From NCBI GenBank assembly GCA_963814585.1, contig CAWFDF010000003.1, positions 1-64,000 of the forward strand: 64,000 nucleotides of DNA, read 5' to 3'. Below the pieces are notes generated by a model, which searched no databases, had not been told where the DNA came from, and saw only the letters and a list, made by a program, of their open reading frames with translations. The DNA comes from an uncultured delta proteobacterium (GTDB taxonomy: Bacteria; Myxococcota; Myxococcia; Myxococcales; Anaeromyxobacteraceae). Both the position numbers and the translations under genes were made by a program. The stretch's first letter is position 1. Every line of letters starts with the position of its first letter. Below are positions 62,304-64,000 of this stretch, piece after piece.

Positions 62304-63269
62304 CTACCGCTCGACCGTGGCCATCAGGGCCGGGCCGTAGCGTTCGCCCGCCACCCGCCCGGCCAGCGGCTCGAGCTCGGCCATGTCCTCGGGTGCCAGG
62401 ACCACGTCGAGCGCATCGAGGTTCTCGTCGAGCCGCGCCCGCCGCCGGGTCCCGGGGATGGGGACCACGTCCTCTCCCTGGGCCAGGACCCAGGCCAGGG
62501 CCACCTGGGCCGGCGTGGACTGCCGGCGCGCGGCGACGCGGCGGATCACCTCGACCACGGCCTGGTTGGCCCGGGCGTTCTCCGGCGCGAACCGCGGGAC
62601 GCTGTGGCGGAAGTCCCCCGGGCCCAGCTCCCGATCGTCCTGGAAGGCACCGGCCAGGAAGCCACGCCCCAGCGGGCTGAAGGGCACGAAGCCGACGCCG
62701 AGCTCCCGGCACGCCGGCAGGATCCGCTCCTCCACGCCCCGCTCGAAGACCGAGTACTCGCTCTGCAGGGCGGTGATGGGGTGGACCTGGTGGGCGCGCC
62801 GCAGCGTGTCCGGGCCGACCTCGGACAGCCCGAGGAACCGGACCAGCCCGGCCTCCACCAGCCGCTTCATGCCCGCCACCGACTCCTCGATGGGCACCTT
62901 CGGGTCCAGCCGGTGGAGGTAGAAGAGATCGATGACGTCGACCTGGAGCCGGCGCAGCGACGCCTCGGCCACGCGCCGGGCGTTGGCCGGGCTCCCGTCC
63001 GGCCCGCCGTGGATGCCGAACTTGGTCGCCAGGACCACCTGCTGGCGCCGCCCCTGGATGGCCTTGCCGACCAGCACCTCGTTGGTGAACGGCCCGTAGA
63101 CCTCGGCCGTGTCGAGCAGCGTGACGCCCCGCTCGAGCGCCCGGTGGATGGTGGCGATGGCCTCGACCTCGTCCACCTCCTCGGGCCGCACGTAGCCGTG
63201 GGTCATGCCCATGCAGCCGAGCCCCATGGCCCCCACCTCCAGCACGCCGCCGAGCCGCCTGGTTCGCAT
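62304..63269 (-). CDS. Aldo/keto reductase
   Basis: GLGCMGM, DTAEVYG, LATKFG, IDLFYLHR.D, QSEYS, SPLGRG, PIPGT. Confidence 0.95.
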   Translation of the reverse strand: MRTRRLGGVLEVGAMGLGCMGMTHGYVRPEEVDEVEAIATIHRALERGVTLLDTAEVYGPFTNEVLVGKAIQGRRQQVVLATKFGIHGGPDGSPANARRVAEASLRRLQVDVIDLFYLHRLDPKVPIEESVAGMKRLVEAGLVRFLGLSEVGPDTLRRAHQVHPITALQSEYSVFERGVEERILPACRELGVGFVPFSPLGRGFLAGAFQDDRELGPGDFRHSVPRFAPENARANQAVVEVIRRVAARRQSTPAQVALAWVLAQGEDVVPIPGTRRRARLDENLDALDVVLAPEDMAELEPLAGRVAGERYGPALMATVER

Positions 63270-63469
63270 GGCACCTCCCTTGGCTCTCACTCTATCGCCG
63301 GCGAGGCGCGAGAGGGCCCCGTCGCGGCCGGCCGCAGGCCGTCGGATCGACACCAGGCCGGCGAGCGACCCCGGTGGGGGGCGACACGCCTGGCGTGCCT
63401 CCCGCCGGCCCGGGCGCGTGCCCGCGCGGCGAACCCGTGCCAGGGGCGGCCCTGCGATATGGGTGGTGC

Positions 63470-64000
63470 ATGTCCATCTCTCGCCGCCTCGTCGCCATCC
63501 CCGCCTCCCCGGTCGAGCCGTCACGCGCCCCCGCCGAGATCCTGGTCCGCGAGGCGGGCGCCGGTCCGGCGGTGCTGCTCCTCCACGGCGGGTGGGGCTG
63601 GGAAGCCTACCCGTGCGACGTCGCCGCCGTCGCCCGGCGCCACCGTGTCGTCGTGCCTGATCGCGTCGGCTACGGCGGCTCGGGGCGCCTGGCCGCCCTG
63701 CCGGCCGGCTTCCACCGCGCCATGGCCGAGGAGACGCTCCTCGTCATGGATGCGCTCGGCATCGAGCGGGCCGCCCTCTGGGGTCACAGCGACGGCGCGG
63801 TCATCGCCGCCTGGATGGGCTTCCTCGCCCCGTCCCGCGTCCGGGCGCTGGTGCTGGAGGCGCTCCACTTCGTCGCCGCCAAGGTCTCGTCGGAGGAGTT
63901 CTTCCACACCGCCGTCGACGCCCCCGAGCGCTTCGGGCCGGCCGTGGCGGAGGCGCTCCGCCGCGATCACGGCGAGGCCTGGCGCGAGGTGGTCGCCGCG
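63470..64000 (+). CDS. Alpha/beta hydrolase (runs off window end)
   Basis: Manual translation: VLLLHGG, PDRVGYGGS, GHSDG nucleophile elbow. Confidence 0.88.
   Translation, partial: MSISRRLVAIPASPVEPSRAPAEILVREAGAGPAVLLLHGGWGWEAYPCDVAAVARRHRVVVPDRVGYGGSGRLAALPAGFHRAMAEETLLVMDALGIERAALWGHSDGAVIAAWMGFLAPSRVRALVLEALHFVAAKVSSEEFFHTAVDAPERFGPAVAEALRRDHGEAWREVVAA

Overview
GC-rich bacterial DNA whose gene content and style suggest Myxococcota (Anaeromyxobacter-like); this is an inference, not a database match. Many genes carry single-base frameshifts, very dense at about 8-15 kb and 21.9-23.5 kb, which looks mostly like long-read consensus error. The window has three parts. (1) 1-15.4 kb is the right arm of an integrative or plasmid-derived element. 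It carries parA-parB followed by eight copies of a variant parS-like palindrome (TGGTCCACGTGGACCA, about 36-bp period) and an origin-like non-coding block. It also carries defence/TA cargo: an SRA-like-HNH nuclease, a GIY-YIG-like fusion, a HEPN-like protein, a HigB / HTH-ImmA peptidase / unknown three-gene operon, a CoiA-like nuclease, and three AbiEi-like genes plus one AbiEii around two long perfect palindromes. It ends in a tRNA-3'-end-like att core and terminator. (2) 15.4-25.0 kb is a second tandem island-like segment ending in a diverged copy of the same 174-bp att region; it holds Fic, DUF429, YjjJ/HipA, YbjN-like plus HD genes and others. (3) 25-64 kb is more host-like: surface lipoproteins, ARPP-1 plus an RNase H-fold gene, a decaying oxidative/photo-stress cluster with many fused gene scraps, DNA polymerase II, an ice-binding lipoprotein, a two-component/sigma54 pair, and a YbjN-Sir2-flap endonuclease unit behind a consensus promoter with an operator. 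No CRISPR array, rRNA or complete tRNA was found.
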